From Balanoglossus misakiensis (lineage: Eukaryota; Animalia; Hemichordata): a DNA stretch of 64,000 nucleotides. Shown here one piece after another: positions 1 to 12,607 of the stretch. The translations under genes and the position numbers were made by a program. The notes beneath the pieces are model-generated. The model was not told the DNA's origin, ran no database searches, and saw only the letters and a list, made by a program, of their open reading frames with translations. The stretch is taken from the NCBI GenBank assembly GCA_040954595.2, contig CM082590.2, positions 1,364,001-1,428,000 on the forward strand, written 5' to 3'. Every line of letters begins with the position of its first letter. Within the stretch, counting starts at the first letter, position 1.

Positions 1-2652
1 GGGCGGGGCCCGGGCGTCCCCACTCGCGTCTAGCAAGCGTAGTCAGTCAGGGCGGGGCCCGGGCGTCCCCACTTGCGTCTAGCAAGCGTAGTCAGTCAGG
101 GCGGGGCACGGGCGTCCCCACTCGCGTCTAGCAAGCGTAGTCAGTCAGGGCGGGGCCCGGGCGTCCCCACTCGCGTCTAGCAAGCGTAGTCAGTCAGGGC
201 GGGGCCCGGGCGTCCCCACTCGCGTCTAGCAAGCGTAGTCAGTCAGGGCGGGGCCCGGGCGTCCCCGCTCGCGTCTAGCAAGCGTAGTCAGTCAGGACGG
301 GGCCCACTCGCGTCTAGCAAGCGTAGTCAGTCAGGGCGGGGCCCGGGCGTCCCCACTCGCGTCTAGCAAGCGTAGTCAGTCAGGGCGGGGCCCGGGCGTC
401 CCCACTCGCGTCTAGCAAGCGTAGTCAGTCAGGGCGGGGCCCGGGCGTCCCCACTCGCGTCTAGCAAGCGTAGTCAGTCAGGGCGGGGCCCGGGCGTCCC
501 CACTCGCGTATAGCAAGCGTAGTCAGTCAGGGCGGGGCCCGGGCGTCCCCACTCGCGTATAGCAAGCGTAGTCAGTCAGGGCGGGGCCCGGGCGTCCCCA
601 CTCGCGTCTAGCAAGCGTAGTCAGTCAGGGCGGGGCCCGGGCGTCCCCACTCGCGTCTAGCAAGCGTAGTCAGTCAGGGCGGGGCCCGGGCGTCCCCACT
701 CGCGTCTAGCAAGCGTAGTCAGTCAGGGCGGGGCCCGGGCGTCCCCACTCGCGAATATCAAGCGTAGTCAGTCAGGGCGGGGCCCGGGCGTCCCCACTCG
801 CGTCTAGCAAGCGTAGTCAGTCAGGGCGGGGCCCGGGCGTCCCCACTCGCGTCTAGCAAGCGTAGTCAGTCAGGGCGGGGCCCGGGCGTCCCCACTCGCG
901 TCTAGCAAGCGTAGTCAGTCAGGGCGGGGCCCGGGCGTCCCCACTCGCGTCTAGCAAGCGTAGTCAGTCAGGGCGGGGCCCGGGCGTCCCCACTCGCGTC
1001 TAGCAAGCGTAGTCAGTCAGGGCTGGGCCCACTCGCGTCTAGCAAGCGTAGTCAGTCAGGGCGGGGCCCGGGCGTCCCCACTCGCGTCTAGCAAGCGTAG
1101 TCAGTCAGGGCGGGGCCCGGGCGTCCCCACTCGCGTCTAGCAAGCGTAGTCAGTCAGGGCGGGGCCCGGGCGTCCCCACTCGCGTCTAGCAAGCGTAGTC
1201 AGTCAGGGCGGGGCCCGGGCGTCCCCGCTCGCGTCTAGCAAGCGTAGTCAGTCAGGACGGGGCCCACTCGCGTCTAGCAAGCGTAGTCAGTCAGGGCGGG
1301 GCCCGGGCGTCCCCACTCGCGTCTAGCAAGCGTAGTCAGTCAGGGCGGGGCCCGGGCGTCCCCACTCGCGTCTAGCAAGCGTAGTCAGTCAGGGCGGGGC
1401 CCGGGCGTCCCCACTCGCGTCTAGCAAGTGTAGTCAGTCAGGGCGGGGCCCGGGCGTCCCCACTCGCGTCTAGCAAGCGTAGTCAGTCAGGGCGGGGCCC
1501 GGGCGTCCCCACTCGCGTATAGCAAGCGTAGTCAGTCAGGGCGGGGCCCGGGCGTCCCCACTCGCGTATAGCAAGCGTAGTCAGTCAGGGCGGGGCCCGG
1601 GCGTCCCCACTCGCGTCTAGCAAGCGTAGTCAGTCAGGGCGGGGCCCACTCGCGTCTAGCAAGCGTAGTCAGTCAGGGCGGGGCCCGGGCGTCCCCACTC
1701 GTGTCTAGCAAGCGTAGTCAGTCAGGGCGGGGCCCGGGCGTCCCCACTCGCGTCTAGCAAGCGTAGTCAGTCAGGGCGGGGCCCGGGCGTCCCCACTCGC
1801 GTCTAGCAAGCGTAGTCAGTCAGGGCGGGGCCCACTCGCGTCTAGCAAGCGTAGTCAGTCAGGGCGGGGCCCGGGCGTCCCCACTCGCGTCTAGCAAGCG
1901 TAGTCAGTCAGGGCGGGGCCCGGGCGTCCCCACTCGCGTCTAGCAAGCGTAGTCAGTCAGGGCGGGGCCCACTCGCGTCTAGCAAGCGTAGTCAGTCAGG
2001 GCGGGGCCCGGGCGTCCCCACTTCGCGTCTAGCAAGCGTAGTCAGTCAGGGCGGGGCAAGGGCGTCCCCACTCGCGTCTAGCAAGCGTAGTCAGTCAGGG
2101 CGGGGCCCGGGCGTCCCCACTCGCGTCTAGCAAGCGTAGTCAGTCAGGGCGGGGCCCGGGCATCCCCACTCGCGTCTAGCAAGCGTAGTCAGTCAGGGCG
2201 GGGCCCGGGCGTCCCCACTCGCGTCTAGCAAGCGTAGTCAGTAAGGGCGGGGCCCGGGCGTCCCCACTCGCGTTTAGCAAGTGTAGTCAGTCAGGACGGG
2301 GCCCACTCGCGTCTAGCAAGCGTAGTCAGTCAGGGCGGGGCCCGGGCGTCCCCACTCGCGTCTAGCAAGCGTAGTCAGTCAGGGCGGGGCCCGGGCGTCC
2401 CCACTCGCGTCTAGCAAGCGTAGTCAGTCAGGGCGGGGCACGGGCGTCCCCACTCGCGTCTAGCAAGCGTAGTCAGTCAGGGCGGGGCCCGGGCGTCCCC
2501 ACTCGCGTCTAGCAAGCGTAGTCAGTCAGGGCGGGGCCGGGCGTCCCCACTCGCGTCTAGCAAGCGTAGTCAGTCAGGGCGGGGCCCGGGCGTCCCCACT
2601 CGCGTCTAGCAAGCGTAGTCAGTCAGGGCGGGGCCCGGGCGTCCCCACTTGC
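1..2652. repeat. GC/CpG-rich tandem satellite, 49-bp unit with recurrent 39-bp deletion variant; truncated by window start
   Basis: Unit GGGCGGGGCCCGGGCGTCCCCACTCGCGTCTAGCAAGCGTAGTCAGTCA repeated head-to-tail roughly 55 times. Variant units lack GGGCGTCCCC. No unique spacers. Confidence 0.98.
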
Positions 2653-3723
2653 GGTGATCTTTCAATCTGTATTCAACCTGTCCTCCATTATATCATTATC
2701 AGTGGGGAGGGCAATATAATGATTTATTTGTGCAGGGGTTATTTCTCAGTGTGGTAATATTGATCATGCAGATATGATGTGGCTATTATAACAGAACTTT
2801 CTTCAGAAACTTGTTTTCCTTGCCTAGATTATTTTTTATCAAAAGTGATTTGATTTTATCCATGTTTACATAATTTATGTATGTATGGATGTATGTATGT
2901 ATTGTTTTTTTCTTGTTTTGGAATAAACTCTTTGAAATTTAACTGCTTGGTTGTGAATTTTTGGCAAGAAATATATATGCATTTGACATACAACAAATCT
3001 ATAGTAATAATCCTAATGGAAGGAGAATAAGCGCAGTGTGTAAGGACACAAAGTTTGTTAAAAAGTCATAAATTTGAGTGCCTGGCAAATCCAAAATGTT
3101 TTCCATGGGCTTTATTCTGATGGACAAAAAGTATGAAATTCTTATTTAAGTATTGAACTGATTTCCAAATTTGCAATACGTTTATATTTGTAATACAATG
3201 CAAGAAAAAAGAAAAAGAAACGCGTTACTAGTGAATCGGAATCCGTGGCTTAATCTGAATCTGAAATCGACATAAACTTCGAAAACAAATATGGCGGGTA
3301 ATAGGCAGTCACGATTTCGCACTTGCCATACAATGTAGTACGTCGTATTTTCAGCGGGAGTAAACTTTAGGATTATACCTGAGGTCAAAAAGAATTTTGT
3401 GGTTTCGCTGTTTCGCAAAGTATAACTAGCCGAAAATGTAAAGCTGCCAGTAACACAAGTCTTTGTTAGGCTTTCAACACTTTATGCAATAACTTGTTTT
3501 TTCATCAACAGGGCTTATAATAAAATCAATGGTCAATACAATTCTTCTGTGCAGCTCAAGCCATTTTCACATACATCAAAGAATTCACCAATCATCTATC
3601 CAGGACAAAACATTTCTGTTTAAAAAACATGTACATGTAATAAATACATCCTATATACAAATACACACATGGCTTGTGCCACTATGTCGCAGCTAACCAA
3701 GCGACACTATACCAGATTTCTTA

Positions 3724-4571
3724 TCAAACTCTGGCTGCAGATGACCCTTCACTATGAATAATTTCATGTCTGGCAACCGCTGTATAAACATTATCAGAAT
3801 GGATCCTACCATTGCCTGAATGAGGTGTTGTAACAGAAACGCTTTCTCCACCCCATCTCATAGTTTTTTTGTCCCTGTGAAAGAAATTTGCCTCACACGG
3901 TTCTCGCAACGGTTCCCTTCTGACATATCTCATTTGTGCAGCATCCACCGTGTCTGGAACACCATCAATCATTGCTCCTAGCTCCACTGATGGTGATCTT
4001 GTTGCTTGCTTTTTTGGACAACATCGGATATCTCCCGTTGGATGAAGACATAAATAATAAATAACCATAAAAAATAATCCCAAGAAAAAACCACCTATAA
4101 CACATGCAATAGCAGGATATGTGTATAAATAGTCTTCTTCCCTTCTCCAATACCAAAGTCCAATTAAGAAAACATTTTCAAGAAAAGTTACTGAGTAGTA
4201 AATTGTAAGTCTGTATCTAGTTTGCCCTTCTTTCATGTTGAAGAAACAAAATATGTAGACAATACCAATGACTCCATCAAAGAGAATTTCCTCTGCTCCA
4301 GTGAGACAGAAATTTGTCTTTTGGACAATCAACCACATTGACATTCCAAGCCAATGAACAAAGACTATCACAAAGACAGCCCACAGATAGACGGAGGCAA
4401 ATAGTGCTAATGCAACCACACGGGCTGCAACAGTAAAGAGTCGCCACAGAATCTGTAGAAGTACTCCTCCATAGTTGATGTTTTCTTTGTCATGACGCGA
4501 TTCTCTAAGAGCTTTGTGATAGGCTGCTAGTGACCAGGAGAGTGATATGAGGGAAACACAAGCTGATGTCA
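3724..4571 (-). CDS. XK-related protein (XKR4/6/7-like lipid scramblase family), coding exon 3 (last)
   Basis: Translation SLISLSWSLAAY...WRLFTVAARVVALALFAS...VYIFCFFN..EGQTRYR...YY...FLEN...YYLCLHP is typical of the XK family. Acceptor ttacAG at 4573-4572, phase 1 (matches exon 2). Stop TGA at 3726-3724. Confidence 0.95.
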
Positions 4572-4669
4572 CTGTAACAAACAAAAGAGATATGTGTTAG
4601 TTGTAAGTACGTCATAGAAATTATCTTGCAGCATAGGATAATATTGAGAATTGCCACTTCTACTATTTT

Positions 4670-4863
4670 AAAACACTCGCCAAAAAGAATAATCGGTGTT
4701 TACCCTTTATTCATTTTGGTGAGATTTTTACTCTCATATCCTACAAACGGGATGGAAGGTGCGTGTGGTTGAACGTTGATTCACTATATATCCATATAGT
4801 GTCTTGTATCAAACATAATTAATGGGAAAAGGGCAGCGAGAGAGAGAGACTTTGTCCCTTTAA
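4670..4863. mobile_element. Partial copy of the TTAA-flanked MITE family seen complete at 32600-32940
   Basis: Ends with AGAGACTTTGTCCCT-TTAA and shares internal sequence (AAACATAATTAATGG, GATTCAC, AATAATCGGTGTTTACC) with 32600-32940. Confidence 0.75.
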
Positions 4864-5445
4864 GCTATCAGGACATGACTGGTGACAAATAAATGTTCAA
4901 CTTTTATGAAAATACAAAACCATTTTCGAGCGAGTGAGTGCTTTCCAAGATGCCAGTGTGATCGGGTGTGTTCACACTGCTTCAAGTGTGTCGCGTTTTG
5001 ACCCTTCAAAAATGCGTTTTTCAAATTTGATAGCCATTGTCAATCTTCTAATAAAGTTGTATTGTATAAACACCATGCGTTGGTTCAATATAATTTTGCC
5101 AAAGTGGTTAAATGTTACCGATAAAACTGTATGAAAATTGAGTTGCACTGATCGCCGTCGAACAGAAATGATTCAGCCCTATGCACTGTCTTCGATCACT
5201 CACTCAACGACCTGGGTCACTTTCCAGTACGTGTTCCTGGTTTGCGTTCTGATGGACAAGGTCAGGGTTAGAATAAGAGTCACAAATCAACGTGTTGGTT
5301 GAGGGACTGTATCTTAAACGACATTTCTACAACAATAACAACAACAGTACACATAAATTTTGTACACGTGCTAAATAAAGTATGATGCATTCTGGGGGAA
5401 ATGACATCATCGCATATGCTAATCTGATGCAAGTGACTTCGACGT
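4864..5445. repeat. Dispersed repeat, direct copy of about 30270-30845 (fragment of the element at 29693-30947)
   Basis: Near-identical run from AAAATACAAAACCATTTTCGAGCGAGTGAGTGC to GCATATGCTAATCTGATGCAA at both loci. Confidence 0.9.
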
Positions 5446-5891
5446 CTCTTCTTTACTTCGAACACAGTCCCTCAAGCCAGGTAGGCAAATAAAGTATGTT
5501 CCAATAATCTCATCATCCGAATAAACAAAGTAACGGAATCCCCCTCCCCCGTGCGGGGTATAAAAGGCCCCCCAAATCAGTACAGATCTTAATGCCGTTT
5601 GACTGACAACATACAACACCAACAAGCGTGCCTCTATGAAAATCGGCCTAAACAGGTCCAAGCATAAAGAATTACACCACACCACGTCAGTAGTTGGCTT
5701 TATAAACACACACAACATAAAGTTATCAACGAAAAAGTACAGGAGCTTATGAAACAACGATGATTTTGGGAGAAATCTGGTTTCAGTGCTTTTCAGAACA
5801 ATGGATCGCGTCCCTGGGAAACAATGGCCACGCCATTCAAACAGCTGTCGATCTTTCAGAGACGCACAGAGGTGTAAAGTTACACTACAAA

Positions 5892-6920
5892 CATAGACAG
5901 TAGAGGGGGAAGACGGACGCGTCTCTCCTGCAGAGAACAAAAGAAATCACGTGGTCGCGCTTTTTAACCTCTGTTGCTAATGGTTCAACACCTCCCCTCA
6001 TTAACATAATCCGCTTAGGAGTGTAGCCTAGTTTGGAGACACACTTGTGTGACGTGCACTGACAAAATTTACCGAAAATCGTACATTTTTTTAAATCTGA
6101 AGAAACAACATTACAGCGATCGAAGACTTTATATATCAGGGAAGGCGAATACGAGTTTTTAATCAAATAGGATATTTTTCACACGTCCTATTGTGCCTAG
6201 AAAAATCTGTGGTAAGCCAATGAATGGCAAATACGATGTGCACAAAATTGGGGACCCAATTATACGGCCATATTGCCCCCAAAAAGTTAGATCATATCAG
6301 TTTAGTCAGTTTTAGGTATTAAGAGTACATCGGTATAGTTGTCAACAAATCTTGTGGTCACTCGCAAGTTTTTGCAGTGGAAGTGTGTAATGCATGTGTA
6401 AAATGGCTGTCGATTGTTTACGTTTTAAAATCATGTCCTTGCTAATTTGGAACCCGATATTCGCGTCAAAACTTCAATAAATTGATCTGAATCGGTGTTT
6501 ATGCCAATATTTGGAGTATGAAGAGGACATCCAACCAAAAGTTTCCCAGGTGGGTTATCGGACGAAGTAAAAAAACTGTCCTTTTCAAGCAGTGCGTCTG
6601 TAGTCTTCAGTACTGAAAACCGCGGCGTCCATTTTGTAAACAATGTCGACCAGAAGTTTGCTGATTTACATACTCACATCACGCGATATGCGTACCCGCG
6701 TGAAATAGCGATATAATGAACCCAGTAGTTGAGATTTGCATAATCGCGTCACGCGATACACGTGAAATACCGATATATTAATTTAGATAGGAAACCCTAA
6801 AAGTCCGAACTTCCCAAACGTTAATCCAATTACCAGCGCCCGGATTAAAGGATTACAACAGACGTTGCACAAAGGACTTGCCGTAGAGACGCGTCCTGCT
6901 TCCCCCCTCTACTGTCTATG
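5892..6920. mobile_element. Non-autonomous DNA transposon, P-element-like
   Basis: TIR CATAGACAGTAGAGGGGG..GGACGCGTCTCT / AGAGACGCGTCC..CCCCCTCTACTGTCTATG. 7-bp TSD CTACAAA at 5885-5891 and 6921-6927. Superfamily inferred from CA..TG ends and 7-bp TSD. Confidence 0.85.
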
Positions 6921-7451
6921 CTACAAACAAAGAGTATATGCTTTGAGAGATCTTAGTTGAGGTTTAGGTGCCATCCCCAAGGCAGGCTGATTTCTTTTGT
7001 CCAATCCCTAGAACAGGTAATCAAACCATGTTTACTCATAGAGGTCCCTATAGAGGTCCTGTACCAGGTTCAGACAGGGTAAAATTCGAGACACTATTTG
7101 CCTATGGTAAACACAGAGCATTAATCCTTTGAGTCGCACTATGTCCACACACACAAAGTTTACGTATAGGCGCTGAGGTCGGCCCCATAGACAATGGGTT
7201 GTGGAGAGGTGTTAATCCTTACACCGGCTCAGGTCTGGCCGAAAACGCTGTCTCAAATCTGAGATGTTTCAGGACCACTTACACCATCCACACATGTTTT
7301 TTTTTAACCGGTATCTGATCTGAGATGCTTTAGAACCATCTGAATGGTGTGTGTGTGTGACCCCCATACTGTTCGTGATAGATTTTCCTATAATGCAATG
7401 CATAGTTGGCTTTTGTGCCTGCCAAGCGCAAGCACTACATATTTGTAGGTA

Positions 7452-7849
7452 CAGTGCAGCTTAGGAATAGCTTTCCAATTTGCTAACAACTTGCTGACAC
7501 GGTGTTTATAATGGGCCAGCTCAGTGTTAGCCTGTGTGTTCCAAGTGTTACAAAGGTGTGAATCTGCTGGCCAGTGTTAGCACCTTGGCGCACCCTATTG
7601 TTTTGGCACACAGTGTTAGCCTGTGTGTTCCAAGTGTTACAAAGGTGTGAATCTGTTGGCCCTGGCACTTGGCATTGTTCAGTGTTAGCACCTTGGTGCA
7701 CCCTATTGTTTTGGCACACCCCGGTTAAACACAAGCCCAATAGGTGCTAATTAGAGCGCCAATAGGGTGCCAACCCAGAGTTCACCCAGTGTTTAAACAG
7801 AGCTGACCCAGTGTTGGTGCAGTTGGAAAGCTATTCCTAAGCTGCACTG
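7452..7849. mobile_element. Tc1/mariner-type MITE
   Basis: TIR CAGTGCAGCTTAGGAATAGCTTTCCAA / TTGGAAAGCTATTCCTAAGCTGCACTG flanked by TA on both sides. Internal direct repeat of about 90 bp. Confidence 0.88.
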
Positions 7850-8159
7850 TACAAACGCAATGTGCACATGTTACAATCAGCTAGGCTCAAGTCTGGCCCA
7901 GAACCAAACCAAATACTACAGAATGTGGAAGTCATACGGCAAGAACATCGATTTTAACAACAACAACATTGACAGAGCATTTGTTTTCGAGGAGAAGGAA
8001 TCCATCAACAGCGATGGAAGAGCATTTCTGACCGCTGTGAAAATATTATATATATAGCTGAAGAGATTTTTGACAATTTTGCTGAGAACAATAGTCAGTA
8101 TGACCACATACAGGAACTACTGCTGAATTAAATTCTCATATCAAAATGTTTTATGACAT

Positions 8160-8400
8160 TTATAGCTCACGTGTGTACACACCGTGAGCTTATGTCGCGG
8201 CCTTTTCTGCGTGTGTGTTTCTGTCTGTCTGTCTGTGTACAGGATATCTCAAAAACGGCTAAACGGATTCAAGTCAAACTTAGTACGTTGGTTCAGATGG
8301 TTCAAATGATTACGTTTTGGTAGGCAGGGCTTGCATATTAATGAAGTTATCAGGGTTTTAATTTTTCTGTTACATGGTTCTCTATGGGAGGCAACCTAAT
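8160..8400 (+). mobile_element. 5' part of a Helentron-like (DINE/HINE-type) non-autonomous element, interrupted by the Academ insertion
   Basis: Short hairpin AGCTCAC..GTGAGCT followed by a (TGTC)n microsatellite, the usual HINE layout. Continuation after 19536 is inferred. Confidence 0.5.
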
Positions 8401-9289
8401 TAGACTGTGAGCCAGTATAGTATTACCTCCCCAAAACCTCCCCCCCCCCTCCAGGGGGGGGGGTGTTTTTTAGACTGTTTTTCTGAAAGCCTATCATGTG
8501 CTTAGTAAAATGCATTTTGTTTGCCATCTGGGCACCGGGGCGTTTTCCAGTTATTGGCTTCTAAATTATAGTGGGTAACTTATGTAGGAAATCCTAAAAG
8601 TGCATAAAAATTGACGTGAGGGGGTAAATTAGTCTTGTAAAATACTGTCTCTCTCAACGTATGCCTAGAACAACAGGGAAGTATTTGGTATCAAAAGAAA
8701 GCTTAATAAACAAGTTTTCCATTAATTACCAAATAAAAGGGATATAACAAATCATGACATCATAGTGACGTCATAAGTCAAAATACCTTTACGAAAATGG
8801 TGTTCTGTTCACCTATAAATGTGAGGTTTTGAAAAACACGTCTCTGTGCAATTGTACTCATGAAACTGTGATCTGTTTGGTATCAACAGAAAGCTGATTA
8901 AGTATCCAATTATTACAAAAATTGATATGGTAATCGATTACTTTATCATTACGTCATAACTCAAAAACCTAAATGCAGTGCATTTTATTTTATTTTTGTC
9001 TCTATTTGTCAAAGTTAACTTGATATGAACAGCACTCTCATCAGGGAAGTTTTGTTGACGATGTTATTCGCACACCATAAATTAATGGTTTTGTTTTGGT
9101 ACTTTGGCAGCAATTGAAGTCTGAGAAACACTGAATATGCACATGGTAGGATAGTACAACATCTGATTTGTAGAGTATATTGCAGGGGCTGTAAAAGCAC
9201 TATACGTTAAACGGAAGTGATAGCTTTCTTCAAATTTTCATATGAAAGACAAATATATGTAAGCTTATGGCAAGCCTCAGGGGTCTTAA

Positions 9290-10968
9290 GGTAGAGATGT
9301 AGGTTTTTTGCATTTTTTTGGTGATTTTTACTTTTTCAATATTTCAAACCATTAGAATTTGCATTATTTTTTTATTAAAACAGTTTTACCGGGTCACATT
9401 CGTAAACATGTGTAAATTTATCAAAAGTAACATATTTTAAGAATTGTGCGTACAGTTATAAACATTCCGGATTAACTGTTACCAGATTAGTGTTGGAGTT
9501 TGCTAACCAATTCACAGGAGCCCAGATATGCAAATCTGACTTTTCCAAAGTTAGGCTAGTTAACAGGAAGTTTGACAGGCGTGCTTTGTCTAGTGACTTC
9601 CAGCATGATGGTCAACTATGGCTTCCATCAGGGTTCGAACATCATGCTCCATGGCACAGACTTATTGACCGGACATAGGGCAATGAAACACCCGCAAATG
9701 TACAATTACTAATTACATGTTTTTCCACGATTTTCCACTAATTTATGAACTTTCTGGAAATGCTCCATGACAGAACGTTTAGTTGTGACCAGTGTTGTTT
9801 GTCTCATCTTGTCAAGAAAGCTGTAGCTGGTGCAGCTTACAATGTCACAACCCTCGATAAACAACTAATCTATTGCATGAAATAGGTGGATGGTGTCAAG
9901 CGATGCCGATGCATAAATTTTCAGTTTTGAAACAGGAAATTTGACAGGCGTGCTTTGTCTAGCGACTTCCAGAATGATGGTAAAGTATGGCTTCCATCAG
10001 GGCTCGATCGTCATGTTCCGTGGCATAGACTAATTTACCGGACACAGAGCAATGAAACGCCCGCAAATGTACAATTACTAATTACATGTTATGGTAGGAG
10101 TGAGAAAATAAGATTAAATGGGTTTTCAGAAGTGTATACTTAACGGGCTTTAGTGTCGTTTGGAGAAGTTATCAGTGGCAGGGATTAACAGTCCCTTGTT
10201 TGCTGAATAAACAAACCAACCTCATTATTGTACTCTGTCCGTAATGGTGTCGTTTTTTCCACGATTTTCCACTAATTTATGAACTTGCAAAACGTTCTAG
10301 ATGAAAATGACTTGGTCTAAAGTCTCTAGTATTATGCTACTTCAATAAAACATAACAAAGCAGTGAGTAAGTACTATTTATGATCGTTTTTTTCCAACTG
10401 AAAGTGCCGTTCACACAAATTGTCGATTTTCTCTGTTCGGTTTTGGGCTCTGGAGTGCAACTTCAACAGAGTGTAACTTAGCAACGTGTGCACAGATTGT
10501 TCTGTTTTTGGCCTGAGGAAGGGAACAATACCAGTCTCCAAACCCCACCCGCGGATTTCCAATAAAGTTGATAGAACAAAAGAAATCACCACACAAGTGA
10601 ACAAAAGTCGATAATTTATGCAAAAATCGACAGTTTACACTTTAAAGGCTCATTGTTCGAAAACAAAAGTGAATATCAAAATTCCATGACCCGGTATTTT
10701 TACCACTATACCCAGCTGTCGATTGCCGGTAACAGATCACCTGGAGGCATTGTCTTTTTTTATTGCCAAGCCTTTGAGTAAAAAAACTTAAAATCGTGTG
10801 TTTTTTAGCAAAACGAGAAAGAGAACAGAAATTTTGGAAAATAAACCAGATTTTCATAAACTTCAAGTATAGAGCTAACAGAAAATATATAATGTGTTGG
10901 TGGGAAACATGAAATACAAGGAGAAAAAATCGATTAAAAACAAGTGTCATAAAAGGTACATCTCAACC
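9290..10968. mobile_element. TTAA-specific non-autonomous element (Kolobok-like) nested in Academ
   Basis: TTAA-GGTAGAGATGTA ... TACATCTCAACC-TTAA. Internal direct duplication 9562-9721 / 9932-10090. Confidence 0.75.
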
Positions 10969-12607
10969 TTAAGTATAGTAGTATATGTTATACTATTATT
11001 ATATTTTTATTATTAAAACATTTTATATTATTTACATACTTAACTATTCATTATTAAATGACTTATACACATTATCATAGTATTAATAAATAGTATGATA
11101 GTATATATAAAAAATTTGAAATTAAGGCTGGCCAGTAACATATTACTTTAATTCATTAATATAGTATTTTTAATGTCGCTATCTATTGTTTAAATAGTAA
11201 CAAATAATTTAAATTTGTAGCATAATTATTCTCTAACATTATTAAAAGATGGTTAAAAATTATTTGATTATTATCTAAAAATATTATTCTATTTGGTAGC
11301 AAAAGGATCTGGTTTTTGGATAGTATTATATTATTTAATTGTATTTACAAATTATAATTTTGTTTGATAGTATGATTGTCATCTTGAAGATGTATGTTTT
11401 TAAAATAATTATTTTATTTTTAAATACGAGAAAATGGTTGGTACATCACATCAATTTATTTTAACTTTTATTTTTGTTATTTATTAAAATGGTGAAATGA
11501 ATATAAACACAATTTTTTATATTTTAAGTGACTATGCTTTTATGTTAATGCTGTCGTCTGTTAGATGATCATTGAATAGCTTATGTTTTCCATGCATTAT
11601 ATATAGAGGGCGTATGTTTAAGCTATTCAAAGACTCTAAGACTTTAAGACTCTTTGCAAGTATTAAATGTTTTTATCATCATCATCATCAACAACAACAA
11701 CAACAACAACAACATGATTCATTCCTCTATTCCCTGTGGTCGTAGTTCACGAACGTCAAATTCTTGGAGACAGCCATTACACTTTTCTTTGATCGTGATT
11801 AAAGGGTCGTCTGCAACAAGGGGTTTCGTTGACAGGTTTCTCTGGATTGGTCGTAGGTAAATCTTACTTTGAGGTCCGACATAATTATACAATAGTTCTC
11901 ATATATTCACCACAGAGACATCATATAATAATCACACATGACTTGGAGAATACATTGACTTTGAACTATATTTTGCACTTTACGCTTAGATTACTTAATT
12001 TATGTCAGACCGTACTCGCGATTTGAAAGTTCTAGCCTCTCTGTGATTTTAGACTAGGTCACAATTCACGTCATACTTCTACGGATTGCTACATATAGAG
12101 TGAATATACGCGCACACACACACAATGCTACTCATGTAGCTATACCACGACTGGAAACTAGCGATCCGTGCTGACAGTGCTTTTCCAACGCCAAGGAGTA
12201 TTTGATTCGATTTCATTTTCAATGTTGAATTTCCCACAAATTGTTTTATCTGACCTGCAGTTTTCGGGGCTTCTTTACGTTTTTGTGCTTATGCAGTGAG
12301 TTCTGAGCGATCTTGTTTAGACCTACGTGAAACTTTGCAGTACCAGACGGCAACACACACCACGGGCGTCATGGAACAATAAAGTGTATGGATATTAAAT
12401 TTAGCATAGGTCTAAACGAACACACAATAAATTATTTCCTTTTTTTTATGTGAACGAGAACTACACTCACGAACGGCCTAGCTACAGCTGGGACTCGCAA
12501 AATATGCGAGCGAACACACTAGCGCCGCCGAACGCGGAAGTGATGGAGCAATCTACAACCGCACGCGCGCACGCGCCCGACCCAGCGCGCGCGGCAGACG
12601 ATCGTAC

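Noticed and set aside
1-2652. CRISPR array or telomere repeat
   Set aside because: Units are contiguous with no unique spacers, there are no cas genes, the context is eukaryotic, and it is not a TTAGGG-type repeat.
4572-4584. ORF-track start of the 286-aa ORF as a real initiation codon
   Set aside because: It is a TTG inside the polypyrimidine tract; the exon begins at the AG acceptor (4571). The same applies to the track starts at 27364 and 39497.
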